This document shows positions 49,036 through 58,693 of a stretch of 64,000 nt of DNA, one piece after another. Made by a program: the position numbers and the translations under genes. Below the pieces are notes generated by a model. That model saw only the letters and a program-made list of their open reading frames with translations. It searched no databases and had not been told where the DNA came from. Source of the stretch: a plasmid; sequence record NZ_CP137560.1, one strand, 5' to 3'. Within the stretch, counting starts at the first letter, position 1; every line of letters begins with the position of its first letter.

Positions 49036-50451
49036 ATGGACGTGCCCGACACTATTCAACTCATGGGCGAGAAACAATGGGAGGAGATTAAATCACGGCT
49101 CACTGGCAAGTTCAACAAGATGATAAAGGGCCTTTTCCGTCAGAAGGGAGCACAGCTCGACATCAACATTTTAGCAAGCGACGAGGCGCAAGAATTCATC
49201 ACCACCCATGCTGGTATCCTTGATGGCGGCTTCCAGAAGGTAGAGATGAGCGATAAGATGCGCGAGCGCCTTACCCGCTCCAATTATATCTTTTCGGGCA
49301 TCAAGACGTTCCACGAGCTCAACGAGGCTTTCCCTTCCATGCTCGATGAGAATGGCAATAAAAAGCCGTTCGAACGCTTTTTGAACGATGTCCAGAAAAT
49401 CAACGATACCTACAATGCCAACTATCTGCACGCCGAATACAACTTCGTACAGGCTTCTGCTACCATGGCGGCAAAGTGGGAACAGTTCAGCGAGGATGGC
49501 GACCGATACTATCTGCAGTACCGCACAGCCAAGGATGACAAGGTGCGTCCGGAACATGCCGCCCTCGATGGGGTAACACTCCCGATGAGTGATTCTTTCT
49601 GGGAAACCTATTACCCGCCGAATGGATGGAACTGCCGCTGTACCGTGGTACAGGTGCGCAAGCAGAAATATCCGGCCACAGAGCACGCTGAAGCCATGAG
49701 TAGGGGCGAAGAAGCCATGAACGGCGAACGGTATAACATTTTCCGTTTTAACAGTGGCAAGCAGGGCAAAACCATGCCCGACTACAATCCTTACACCATC
49801 AGGCGGTGTAATGACTGCGACGTGGCGAAAGGAGGTGGTGTAAAATTAGGGGCTTTTGTTCCTGATTACCAACTTTGCCGTAGCTGCGTAAAGATTAGAG
49901 AATGCTACGAAAATAGAGAAAAGGCTAATGGTGATCAGAATCTTACTAAGCGCACAAAAGAAGAGAAACATGTAATTTATTCCATGCCAATAGAGGAGCA
50001 ATTCGAAACCCTCTCAAAGAACAAGGAAGGTTATGAAGTATCTCGCCATATACTGAAGGATAAAAAAGAGATGGATTACAACCGTGTGCTTAATACTGCA
50101 AAGTTGCTATCTAAGTTTGATAACGTGAGAATACAGCCCGAGATACACGCCAGCGAGATTGATATAAGAAACCGCCTTGGACTTCCCGAAAAGAAGAACC
50201 CGGACTTGATGTTTGGAAATACTTTCGTGGATGTAAAGTCTCCGTTCTCCAGCAAGAACATTGTTACTAACGCAAACGATGCTTGTAAACAAAATGCCAT
50301 AGCTTGCATCACAGATCATCTTTGCCATATAGACAAAAACAAAATAGGTCTTTTGGCAAGAAAGGTATTAAGTGACAGGAACTACACAAAGGATACCGTA
50401 TTCTTTGTCGTGGAGAATAAACTTTATAAATATACAACAGCCGACCTTTAA
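49036..50451 (+). CDS. MuF-like head morphogenesis protein (SPP1 gp7 family) with a C-terminal extension of about 200 aa of distinct composition
   Basis: Motif YLQYRTAKDDKVRPEHAALDGVTLPMSDSFWETYYPPNGWNCRCTVVQV is the Phage_Mu_F signature. From about 49840 the gene becomes AT-rich (about 38% versus about 52% before). Confidence 0.75.
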   Translation: MDVPDTIQLMGEKQWEEIKSRLTGKFNKMIKGLFRQKGAQLDINILASDEAQEFITTHAGILDGGFQKVEMSDKMRERLTRSNYIFSGIKTFHELNEAFPSMLDENGNKKPFERFLNDVQKINDTYNANYLHAEYNFVQASATMAAKWEQFSEDGDRYYLQYRTAKDDKVRPEHAALDGVTLPMSDSFWETYYPPNGWNCRCTVVQVRKQKYPATEHAEAMSRGEEAMNGERYNIFRFNSGKQGKTMPDYNPYTIRRCNDCDVAKGGGVKLGAFVPDYQLCRSCVKIRECYENREKANGDQNLTKRTKEEKHVIYSMPIEEQFETLSKNKEGYEVSRHILKDKKEMDYNRVLNTAKLLSKFDNVRIQPEIHASEIDIRNRLGLPEKKNPDLMFGNTFVDVKSPFSSKNIVTNANDACKQNAIACITDHLCHIDKNKIGLLARKVLSDRNYTKDTVFFVVENKLYKYTTADL

Positions 50452-50624
50452 AAAAGATCGGCTGAGGTTTCCCAACTTCGCGGGCTGGTTCCAGTGGTCA
50501 TGACTCCCACGCTGCAAATATACAATAAACTTTTTAAACTCGCAAGAATATGAGCAAAAAAGAAGAAAAAAAGAGAAAAATCGAATGGAAACGACATTGC
50601 TTTGCCGTTTCCTTGGTAGCAAAT

Positions 50625-50939
50625 CTAAAGAAAGATTGCGATAATAGAGACCAACAGACTAATCACACCCACAACGGTTGCGATAATAACACTATAAAAC
50701 TGGATACGCTCACGTCGGTACTTAGCAACAAAACCACCGTTATCTACAAGAGCCTTACCCTTAAAGGTTATCTTGTAGTGATTGCGAGACTCTTCAAGGA
50801 GGCCTTCCTTCACAAGAAAGCGGATGGCATCGCCAAAGCCTTCTGGGGCATTGTGGAATAACACTTCGCCTGGCACCCATACGTCAGTTTTGAAGCTACT
50901 GATAGCCACGTCGAGTAATTCCGAAGAAAATTTAGTCAT
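50625..50939 (-). CDS. hypothetical small protein with a C-terminal TM anchor (104 aa); moron candidate
   Basis: ORF within the AT-rich island. It overlaps the + strand ORF 50550..50861, which looks less protein-like. Confidence 0.35.
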   Translation of the reverse strand: MTKFSSELLDVAISSFKTDVWVPGEVLFHNAPEGFGDAIRFLVKEGLLEESRNHYKITFKGKALVDNGGFVAKYRRERIQFYSVIIATVVGVISLLVSIIAIFL

Positions 50940-51010
50940 AATCTATAAATGTTTTAAGTTATACGATATACATATAACGCCAAAACGGCGACAATATTAT
51001 GCCATTCCAA

Positions 51011-51091
51011 TCCCTACTAAGGCCGAGCCTTCATCCCTACTACCGATGAGCCTCAGTCCCTATTAGGGATGGAGCCTCGTCCCTATAGGGA
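51011..51091. promoter_or_regulatory. cluster of TCCCTA half-sites: two direct (TCCCTACTAAGG, TCCCTACTACCG) and two palindromic (TCCCTATTAGGGA, TCCCTATAGGGA); candidate operator array
   Basis: Read from the sequence. Lies between the divergent 104-aa gene and the HU-like gene. Confidence 0.4.
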
Positions 51092-51156
51092 TGCAAAAAC
51101 GATATTCTAACGGTGTTCTATCACCATTATATTAACATTTTAATCTTAAAAAGTAA

Positions 51157-51741
51157 ATGATCAATTACAGTATTGCAATGATGGGCAACCCTGCCAAGAA
51201 GCAGGACCCAAAGAAAGCCTACGGTGTGGCTCAGTACACCGAGAAGATGACGCTCAGCGAATTCAGTGAGCATATCTCAAGCCACGGCAGCACATACGAT
51301 GCAGAAGACGTGGAAGCTATCCTCGGAAAAGCCGTGAAGTGTCTGCGCGAAATGCTCCTTGCCGGCAAGAAAGTGGAGTTAGGCAAGCTCGGAGAATTCT
51401 ACGTAACCCTGCACGGCAAGGGCACAGAACTCGCCAAAGACTACAACCCTGCCACCTGTGTGGAGAAGGTAAACGTGGTGTGGACTCCTGGAAGCCTCTT
51501 CGAGAACCTGAAGAAAGAGGCCACCTTCAGCTTCGTAGCAAGCCGCAACGAACAGGCAGAGGCTAAGCGAAAAGCAAAGGCACAGAACGGTGACACCAAT
51601 CCTGACAATACACCTGACCCCGGAAACAAAGAAAACCCGGACAACAAGGAGAACCCAGACGACAAGGGTAATACCGAGAATAAGGGCGACACTACCGATG
51701 GCACCGACACCGGTTCTGATGGAAGCTACGAGCTACACTAA
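51157..51741 (+). CDS. Bacteroidales-type HU-like DNA-binding protein with an acidic low-complexity C-terminal tail
   Basis: N-terminus MINYSIAMMGNPAKKQDPKKAYGVAQYTEKMTLSEFSEHISSHGSTYDAEDVEAILGKAV...VELGKLGEFYVTLHGKG matches the pattern of the Bacteroides HU family. Confidence 0.7.
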   Translation: MINYSIAMMGNPAKKQDPKKAYGVAQYTEKMTLSEFSEHISSHGSTYDAEDVEAILGKAVKCLREMLLAGKKVELGKLGEFYVTLHGKGTELAKDYNPATCVEKVNVVWTPGSLFENLKKEATFSFVASRNEQAEAKRKAKAQNGDTNPDNTPDPGNKENPDNKENPDDKGNTENKGDTTDGTDTGSDGSYELH

Positions 51742-51762
51742 TCCTCATACAAACAAGTAAAA

Positions 51763-51797
51763 GGGCTGCACCACGCTTGGTGCAGCCCTTCGTTTTC
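51763..51797. terminator. rho-independent terminator hairpin GGGCTGCACC-acgctt-GGTGCAGCCC followed by TCGTTTTCA, between convergent genes
   Basis: 10-bp GC-rich perfect stem followed by a T-rich tract on the + strand. Confidence 0.5.
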
Positions 51798-51892
51798 ACA
51801 CATATCCGGCATAATGAAACTCAAAAGTTTAAAAAATAAACCTAATAACTTAAAACAATTGAAATATAATATCTAAAAATAAGCGTATGCTC

Positions 51893-52318
51893 TTACCACG
51901 TTTTTAAATATTTTACCCTAAAGACATCCACATTCTCCAGCAGTTCCATGTGACTGTGATTGGTGTCTGTCATATAAGGATAGCTCACCTGATACTCAGC
52001 CCCCGGCTCTATGTCCTGCAGAGCTTCCCAGATACTTTCTCCTATCTCGAAGGAGGCGTGATAAGCTTCATCGTTCCAGTCGGTCACAAGATGAAGCCTG
52101 AGATCTCCAGCGCCTCTCACGCACTTCCCGAAACCGGCATCCTTCACTACGTCCCAGCTGATTGTACCGAACTCCACGAATACTGCAGGACGACTCCATT
52201 CACTTTCCTCATCTGCAAAGGCGACGTTCTCATTCCACAGGTCTATATGCTGCACTGCAGGCACCCCGTCTTCTATCGCCCTCTTGATGTCCTTATATAA
52301 GTTTTCTCTTGGATCCAT
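51893..52318 (-). CDS. hypothetical phage protein (141 aa)
   Basis: Clean ORF downstream of the Mu G-like gene. Confidence 0.4.
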   Translation of the reverse strand: MDPRENLYKDIKRAIEDGVPAVQHIDLWNENVAFADEESEWSRPAVFVEFGTISWDVVKDAGFGKCVRGAGDLRLHLVTDWNDEAYHASFEIGESIWEALQDIEPGAEYQVSYPYMTDTNHSHMELLENVDVFRVKYLKTW

Positions 52319-52341
52319 ATCTATGATGTATTAATTGATTT

Positions 52342-52899
52342 CTACTTTTTAAGATCAAGATGATTGAAGTATTCCTCAAGCTCATCCTCGATAATCTTTG
52401 TCACTTCTCTCTCTATTTCCGGAGCCATGCCCAAGAACTGGCGTTTCGGTATTTTGATGGTCTTACCCACCTTCATCAGCGCCATCGCCTTCCAGAATTC
52501 GGCATTGCTCGAGAGTTGCTGGTTCTTTTTGTTGTTCCGAAGTGAGCCGTTCTTTTTACGGCCAAACGACCCCGAAGCTTCGTAGTACTTATGCCAGAAA
52601 TACCGCTTCATCTTCTCCGTTACCTTAATCTCTCCACCTTCGTTATGGATGGCAGCATAGGGAGAGGAAGAGAAGAACGTGATAGAGGTAGCATCGCTCC
52701 GGCTCTGAACGCTCTTTCTCAGGTCGCCCGAGGCTACGAGGATATGCCCGTCGCCTCTTATCGGACTTTTCCGTCTTGCCCAAGCCTTGGTAAAGAACCC
52801 CTGACGCTCAAAGTTCTTGTCGAACTCGTCACCGATCTCCACCCTGATATCACTCAGAATATGTCTGATCACTACCGATAAATCATTATTTCCTGCCAT
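52342..52899 (-). CDS. phage virion morphogenesis protein (Mu G-like family)
   Basis: Pattern WARRKSPIRGDGHILVASGDLRKSVQSRS...SSSPYAAIHNEGG fits the virion morphogenesis family signature (W..RK...L..SG.L..S...SPYAAIH..GG). Confidence 0.55.
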   Translation of the reverse strand: MAGNNDLSVVIRHILSDIRVEIGDEFDKNFERQGFFTKAWARRKSPIRGDGHILVASGDLRKSVQSRSDATSITFFSSSPYAAIHNEGGEIKVTEKMKRYFWHKYYEASGSFGRKKNGSLRNNKKNQQLSSNAEFWKAMALMKVGKTIKIPKRQFLGMAPEIEREVTKIIEDELEEYFNHLDLKK

Positions 52900-52907
52900 G
52901 CCCTACC

Positions 52908-52939
52908 CATTCAACATTCAACACTCAACATTCAACATT
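52908..52939. promoter_or_regulatory. tandem CATTCAACA-type repeat between the Mor-like gene and the G-like gene
   Basis: cattcaacattcaacactcaacattcaacatt, read from the sequence. Confidence 0.4.
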
Positions 52940-52941
52940 TA

Positions 52942-53184
52942 TTATTCCCATCCTTCAAACTTCAGGAAGGGTTCGTCGTCTTTAGGAATCTCATTACGAG
53001 GGTCGGCGCTCGCATTCAGAATATTATATAGCTGCCGCTCACTGATGGCGTACTTCGGATAGATGTACCGCCTCCAGATTTCACGATTGGATATGCCCAT
53101 TTTGGCATATTCATCGTATATCGCATTGATGTCAGCTACCCGTTTCTTGTAGCTAAGTCCGTTCCTTTGATGAAATTTCCGCAA
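52942..53184 (-). CDS. Mor/C-family-like transcriptional activator (short, 80 aa)
   Basis: C-terminal segment GISNREIWRRYIYPKYAISERQLYNIL resembles the Mor/C HTH pattern (...N..ELA..FG.S.RQIYRII). Sits at the end of the early/middle operon. Confidence 0.45.
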   Translation of the reverse strand: MRKFHQRNGLSYKKRVADINAIYDEYAKMGISNREIWRRYIYPKYAISERQLYNILNASADPRNEIPKDDEPFLKFEGWE

Positions 53185-53240
53185 AACAACTTTCCCTTCC
53201 TTACTATTTACAAACGTTATAACATGGTCTCTCTTTATTT

Positions 53241-53996
53241 CTACTCTTCTTCAGAGCCTTCCTCCTCTGTCGCTTCCTTCTCGTTTTTCGGTGCGATGAA
53301 GATACGGCAGAAACTTGGCTCCATCCTGTGCCAGATGCCCAACTTCGGATCACGCTTGAAGAAGTAGTAATTGGTAGCATTCTTCTGCACCACATTCGAC
53401 TCCTTGAAAAGCGCCATGATTTCGGCGTATTCCTGGTCGTTGAATTTATCCTCCAACTCGTAGAGTTTACTGATACTCTTGTAGTCGAGATCTCCGGACT
53501 GGTTGCGCTCCAGGAGTGTCATCGCCAACTGATACATCGGGTCGTTCTGTCCCTTCTCGCTTCTCTGCATATACTCCTTCAGGAAGGTGACAAGGCGCTC
53601 GGCTGCAAGGTCTGCACGCTCATCGAAACCCTTCACCTTACTGCAGCTTACCAGGAGTCGGAAGTTTCCGTCCGTAATGGTGTAGTTGCGCTGGTCGTCA
53701 TTCTTTACCTGTCCATACTGTCTCATGATGGCCGTGAATGCCTCCACTTCGCGCTCAAGCCATTGTTTGAAGCTCTTGGTATCAGACATTACCGTGATAA
53801 GATTTTCCTCCACACGGTGCATAAAATCGGCTCGCAGACCCTCATAGGCATCACGCTTGTTGATACGTTCATTCTTGACCTCTGCGTTGAGTTGCTGGCG
53901 GAGCGCCTCTTTCTGTTCGTCACTCAATGATGAGATATCAAACTGTCCCTGCTGAGTATTGCCTTCAGCTGGGCTGATTTTTTCGTTCTTTTCCAT
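53241..53996 (-). CDS. hypothetical early-region protein (251 aa), acidic C-terminus
   Basis: ORF in the early operon of the Mu-like phage. Confidence 0.4.
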   Translation of the reverse strand: MEKNEKISPAEGNTQQGQFDISSLSDEQKEALRQQLNAEVKNERINKRDAYEGLRADFMHRVEENLITVMSDTKSFKQWLEREVEAFTAIMRQYGQVKNDDQRNYTITDGNFRLLVSCSKVKGFDERADLAAERLVTFLKEYMQRSEKGQNDPMYQLAMTLLERNQSGDLDYKSISKLYELEDKFNDQEYAEIMALFKESNVVQKNATNYYFFKRDPKLGIWHRMEPSFCRIFIAPKNEKEATEEEGSEEE

Positions 53997-54474
53997 AACC
54001 TAATAGTATTACTTGTGATTGATTAATATTTTGTTCTTTACTCCCAAAGGATTCTTTGCTCTTCACTCTTTCTTCTTCCCTCCCAAGTCCTCCCTTGCGC
54101 TTGATGGCTCTCAGTTTGCGTTCGAGAGCTTCGAGGTCAGGGATATCCAACTGGGCAAACACCTTGCCGCATATTCTCGGGTGAGAGCAGAAGTCATTGA
54201 TGCGCTGCCAGTCTCCGGTGTTGACCCCTAACTCCTGCATCAGACGCAGACAGATGGAGCGGTGCCGCTTGCGCTGATCTCCATACCCGCACATGTTCTC
54301 GAGAGCCTTGCACATGTCGGTATATTCTCTCGTCGTCATCTCGCGAAGATGTGAGGTGCGACCCTTCGTGTACGTTGAGACGAGGGATTCTTTCTGCTCT
54401 TCCTCATCTCCATAGTGCGGTACTTTCTTGAAGGCGGCATAAAAACGCCTGTAGTTCTTAACTGATCCTGCCAT
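53965..54474 (-). CDS. hypothetical early-region protein (169 aa), Cys/His-containing
   Basis: ORF in the early operon. Confidence 0.4.
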   Translation of the reverse strand: MAGSVKNYRRFYAAFKKVPHYGDEEEQKESLVSTYTKGRTSHLREMTTREYTDMCKALENMCGYGDQRKRHRSICLRLMQELGVNTGDWQRINDFCSHPRICGKVFAQLDIPDLEALERKLRAIKRKGGLGREEERVKSKESFGSKEQNINQSQVILLGYGKERKNQPS

Positions 54475-54557
54475 CCGTATTTCCCTTTAAATTGTACTAC
54501 GTATATCATTCGAAAGCCGTTTTAACGCTGTTCTTACATCTACGAAACCGTTTACCG

Positions 54558-54839
54558 CTAAGATTGAACGGTTATTGATCCGTCGTTCAGAAGACGGTAC
54601 TCTAAGTAATGTTCACGGGCGATCTCGAGTATATAGCCCACACCTCCAGCCAGGTCCATCTCTTGAAGGATTGGTATATTATCAAAACAGAGGTATATTT
54701 TGCCCTCAAATTCTCTCGCCTGCAAGCGGCTAAGTGCCTCACGTTTGATGTTTCGCTCGTGCTTGAGCATCTTCTGACGGTGAGCTTCTTCTGAGATCTT
54801 CTTCCACCATGCCTTAACGGCAAAAAACAATTTCTTCAT
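54558..54839 (-). CDS. hypothetical early-region protein (93 aa)
   Basis: ORF in the early operon. Confidence 0.35.
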   Translation of the reverse strand: MKKLFFAVKAWWKKISEEAHRQKMLKHERNIKREALSRLQAREFEGKIYLCFDNIPILQEMDLAGGVGYILEIAREHYLEYRLLNDGSITVQS

Positions 54840-54900
54840 AATTACAAGTATTATTATTAGTTTATAATTTTGTCGCAGCTTTAGCGCTGCATTGCCTTTA

Positions 54901-55086
54901 TCAAATCCCGTCGAGTATATAGTCCATACTGTTCAGGTATTCATTTTTCATCGCATCTGCATTCATATCGGACACCTTGCCCGCTACTTCCTCATAGATC
55001 TGCGACTGGTCCAGATAAGAGAAGTCTTTCGTCTTTCTCTTGATGTATTCTATGATTTCATTTACTACCTCTTCCATAATTCTCAA
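54901..55086 (-). CDS. hypothetical small acidic protein (61 aa)
   Basis: Its start overlaps the stop of the upstream ATPase gene as ATGA, which suggests translational coupling. Confidence 0.35.
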   Translation of the reverse strand: MRIMEEVVNEIIEYIKRKTKDFSYLDQSQIYEEVAGKVSDMNADAMKNEYLNSMDYILDGI

Positions 55087-55706
55087 ATATTATTACTTGC
55101 CTGGATGAGTCCATCCTCCCATACTCTGAAGGTAGCTCCGGCTTCTCCGATGAATCGACCCTGGCAGACTGCCTCGTAGCCGACTACTCTCACTTTCACG
55201 CCCGCCATATACTTCAGCCTGACTGCAGGCTTGCCCAATGGCTGGCTCTTCGCTTCCTGCGAGATGAAGATAAAACTCTTTCGGGGAAACTCATTCACCA
55301 AGGCTTCTACCTGTGCGTATTCCCAGTGAGAGTACTGGAAGGAGTCCACGATGATGAACTTCGGACCCTTGCGCTGCTTCAGCATTCTTTTCAGGTTCTC
55401 CAGGTCCGAATCGATGCAGACTCTAAACCTGCCTTGCTCTTCCTCCATGTGAAACCGCTCGATACGCTTCTTAAAGCTCATGCTCACTTTCTCTTCATAA
55501 GAACAGTAGAGCACCACGCCGTATTCGCAGAGTTTCTTGGCGAGCTGCATCACGAAAGAGCTCTTACCACCAGCCGAAGGTCCCGAGATAAACCAGGTAT
55601 CATACGTATCCGGCTGCCCGAAGCACCGCTCCCATTCTCCACCCCAGGGTATCGGCTTGTAAGTCATCTTCAGTATCTCCCTGGGACTGTATGCTCTTTT
55701 TGCCAT
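55083..55706 (-). CDS. P-loop NTPase (RecA-like/AAA-type small ATPase)
   Basis: Walker A GPSAGGKSS and Walker B KFIIVDSFQ. Confidence 0.55.
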   Translation of the reverse strand: MAKRAYSPREILKMTYKPIPWGGEWERCFGQPDTYDTWFISGPSAGGKSSFVMQLAKKLCEYGVVLYCSYEEKVSMSFKKRIERFHMEEEQGRFRVCIDSDLENLKRMLKQRKGPKFIIVDSFQYSHWEYAQVEALVNEFPRKSFIFISQEAKSQPLGKPAVRLKYMAGVKVRVVGYEAVCQGRFIGEAGATFRVWEDGLIQASNNI

Positions 55707-55762
55707 ATTTATCTAAAGCAAGAATGCTCTTTTTACTTTTTTACCTTTTTACTTTTTTACCT

Positions 55763-56641
55763 TTAAGAGATTTTCAGCTTCTCTATCTCGGTATATACTC
55801 GTCTCAATCCGCCTCGGGTCTGTCTCACGATGGTGGCGACGTCATATCCCTCCGGGGCATTCACCTTGGCCACGATGGCAGCCTGCTTCATCAGGAACTT
55901 CTCGCGCTCCTTACCGTCGTCGGGTGTCACCTTACAGTATCGCCCACCGTAACGGCTCAGCATCTCGGTATATCCCACCTTCTTGCAGTCGATGCTTCGG
56001 TTGATCTTCTCCTTCAGTCCGTCGGCTCCCATCATATACCAGCCGCAGCAGTGCTCGGTGGCGTTCCAGAGTGCCTTCAGTTCCAGGAATGCCTCATACT
56101 GCAGATCGCCTGCCTCGTCGAGGATAATAAGCGGTGAGTCGATGGAGCGGAGGTAGTAGGTGAGGTCTTCATATACATCTCCGTAGGTTCCCTTGCTGTC
56201 AAGTCCGAACTCTGCCGCTATCTTGCGTATCAGGCGGCGCTTGGTCTTCACCTGAGAGCAGTCTATATAGGCTGCGTTCTTGTGGCTCTGTACGTAATAC
56301 TTGGCGGTGTAGGTCTTGCCGATATTAGGCTCGTCGCAGAGGATCATCGAGAGAGCAGAGCTCTGTGCGGTCTCCAACTGCTTCGTCACGATGAGGAAGG
56401 TGTCGGTCTTGCCTGTCTTCCATTCTATCTCGTGACGCAGACTTACACCCAAGCGTCTGGCCAGGCGTATCCAGTTGCCGTCGCTGATGGTGCGGTCCGT
56501 CTGTCCCTGCTTTACCATGGAATAGACTGAGGTGGCCAAACCGAGCACCTTTGCGTGCTTGCTGTCACTGTCGAAGCGGACACGGTCTTGGGCCATCGCC
56601 GCCAAAATCTTCTTTTTCTGTTCTGTTGTTATCATTGCCAT
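55763..56641 (-). CDS. MuB-like transposition ATPase (AAA+)
   Basis: Walker A DEPNIGKTY and Walker B LIILDEAG. N-terminal DNA-binding region. Sits immediately downstream of the transposase, as in Mu A-B. Confidence 0.7.
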   Translation of the reverse strand: MAMITTEQKKKILAAMAQDRVRFDSDSKHAKVLGLATSVYSMVKQGQTDRTISDGNWIRLARRLGVSLRHEIEWKTGKTDTFLIVTKQLETAQSSALSMILCDEPNIGKTYTAKYYVQSHKNAAYIDCSQVKTKRRLIRKIAAEFGLDSKGTYGDVYEDLTYYLRSIDSPLIILDEAGDLQYEAFLELKALWNATEHCCGWYMMGADGLKEKINRSIDCKKVGYTEMLSRYGGRYCKVTPDDGKEREKFLMKQAAIVAKVNAPEGYDVATIVRQTRGGLRRVYTEIEKLKIS

Positions 56642-56657
56642 AAGTTTTTGAAGTTTT

Positions 56658-58691
56658 TTATATCATGTCGATCGCACGCTGCAGGATATCTTCCTCGGTC
56701 TCGTCGTCCGTAAAGACGTCCATCGGTTCCGTGTCTGGTAGTTCTGCAGTAAGTTCCTGTATCTCTTCCGGCTCATCTGCCTGGCTGTCGGTCTTGCCTA
56801 TATCCCTTTCTGCCTCCATCGTTCCGAGAGCGGGAACCATGTTGTTATCTACGTAGGTATTGAACTCCCTTACCTTCTTCTGCTGATGATAGAACTTTCT
56901 GCGGTCTTCCTCGGTCTGTTCTGCCATCACTCGGTTGTAGGTTTCTACCTTCTCCACCTGGTCGATGAATCTGTCGCCCTGGAAGATGAACACATCCTGT
57001 GGCTTCCCGTCCTCATCCGGCAGATAGTAGGCGGTCACCTTGTAGTTGTTAGGCGCTAAGCGCTCCAATACTTCGGGCTTGCTCAGCCACCAGTCTGCAT
57101 AGGCTACTCTTACCGTAGAGTTTCGCCTTACCGAGGTCTCCACCTTCTCGCCGATATATCGGGCAAGGGTAATGGCATCGAATGGGCGCAGATTCGGGTT
57201 GATATGCTCCATCAGCACGTCCCATCGGGTCATACCGGGATATTTCTTCTGATTAGGGTGCAGTGTATGGTTCCACTCGTAGTTGTCGCGGCGGTCGTCC
57301 GCCACAAGCTCATCGAATGAGTAATACTGCTTGTCTTCCCAGGTATCATTGCTCGCATCGCTTATCTTCTTGGATTCCACTCTGTATTTCCACTTGCCGT
57401 AGAATCGGCCGATACCTACGTGATTGCGGTGGATGATGCGCCGCTTCTTGGCTCCGTTGAGGTTTTCCGCCTGTTTCTCCTGCGAGTTGAGAGGCGCACA
57501 GTAGCGCACATAGCTGAACACCGTTCCTTCCTGGAGCAGGGTGTACTTGTATTCAGACATCAGGTGGTTCTCTACCTCAATACCTGCCGGAATGCCCCAG
57601 CCATGCTTGGCTATCAGCCTGAACATCTCTCTGAAGCATTCCTTCACCAGGTTCTGGTCCTTGTCCCTGGAATAGCTGGCGCCTAACACGCACTGGCTCA
57701 CCGAATCATAGGCATAGTAGGCTTTCACCCTCAGTTTCGTATCCTTCAGTTTGCGGGTCAGATCCACGTCATCCATGGTTATCTGGCTCAGCGAGTATTC
57801 TCCGGCATGGCGGTGCATGTGTGGCATACTCTCGTGCATGAAGGCGCTCCAGCTCAGCTGACTCTTATCCCAGATAAGCCTGTTCTTCGGCTTATTCAGG
57901 ATGTTTCTGATGGTACTGTCGCTCAAACTCTTCGGATTCCCATCCTTGTCACAGAAATCTTCCGGGTCGAACAGCTCTCCAGTCTGAACATCATAAACAT
58001 CAAGCTCGCCGCATACGAAGGAGTCATACAGTTCCTTTACCTGGGAGTTATAAGGCTTATTAGGAAGGCATTGCAGGCCGATGACCAGCTTCTCCGTCTT
58101 TACGTCAACCTTTCTGGTGTTCTGGTTGCCGAACTTGCCACTGATTAGTACGCCGTAGCCGCCAGCCTTATACTCATTTACCTTCTTCCTGAATCTCAGT
58201 GTCGATTCGGGTAGGGTATGATGATAGGTCTCCTTCAATATCTTGATGGTACTTGCCATCATGTCCCAGTCGTAGCGTTCGCCCATCAGCTTGCGGTAGG
58301 CGGAGGCTCGTTCGTAGAGCTTGATACAGGTATTGAGTACCGAAGCATTCACCACATACTCCTGGATCTTCTCCGCCGACAGGTCTAACCCTGTCTGCTG
58401 CCTGCTCTGAAAGTAGCACATGGCGTGCTGATCTACCTCATAATTGGAAGTAATCCATCCTCGCAGCCTTACTTCGGGACCTCCGGGGAACTCTACTTCC
58501 ACCGCCTTGCGGTATTTGGTAGGCAAGCTATCTACGGCAATAAGAGCCGTGCAGCCGCTTGCGCCACCGCCTCGACGTACCACATTTAATCTCTTGCGAT
58601 TCACCGAAGAGTCGTAGCAACTCTTGCTCATGATGCCCGTTCCAACAAGTTCTGTCGCAGATATACAAAGTGTATTGCCGTAATATTCCAT
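56658..58691 (-). CDS. MuA-like DDE transposase; probable true start MEYYGNT... at 58691 (ORF-track start 58742)
   Basis: About 680 aa. N-terminal winged-helix-like DNA-binding domain, central DDE-type core, acidic C-terminus. The start context TTATAGTTATGG is shared with the upstream paralogous fragment. Confidence 0.7.
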   Translation of the reverse strand: MEYYGNTLCISATELVGTGIMSKSCYDSSVNRKRLNVVRRGGGASGCTALIAVDSLPTKYRKAVEVEFPGGPEVRLRGWITSNYEVDQHAMCYFQSRQQTGLDLSAEKIQEYVVNASVLNTCIKLYERASAYRKLMGERYDWDMMASTIKILKETYHHTLPESTLRFRKKVNEYKAGGYGVLISGKFGNQNTRKVDVKTEKLVIGLQCLPNKPYNSQVKELYDSFVCGELDVYDVQTGELFDPEDFCDKDGNPKSLSDSTIRNILNKPKNRLIWDKSQLSWSAFMHESMPHMHRHAGEYSLSQITMDDVDLTRKLKDTKLRVKAYYAYDSVSQCVLGASYSRDKDQNLVKECFREMFRLIAKHGWGIPAGIEVENHLMSEYKYTLLQEGTVFSYVRYCAPLNSQEKQAENLNGAKKRRIIHRNHVGIGRFYGKWKYRVESKKISDASNDTWEDKQYYSFDELVADDRRDNYEWNHTLHPNQKKYPGMTRWDVLMEHINPNLRPFDAITLARYIGEKVETSVRRNSTVRVAYADWWLSKPEVLERLAPNNYKVTAYYLPDEDGKPQDVFIFQGDRFIDQVEKVETYNRVMAEQTEEDRRKFYHQQKKVREFNTYVDNNMVPALGTMEAERDIGKTDSQADEPEEIQELTAELPDTEPMDVFTDDETEEDILQRAIDMI

Positions 58692-58693
58692 AA

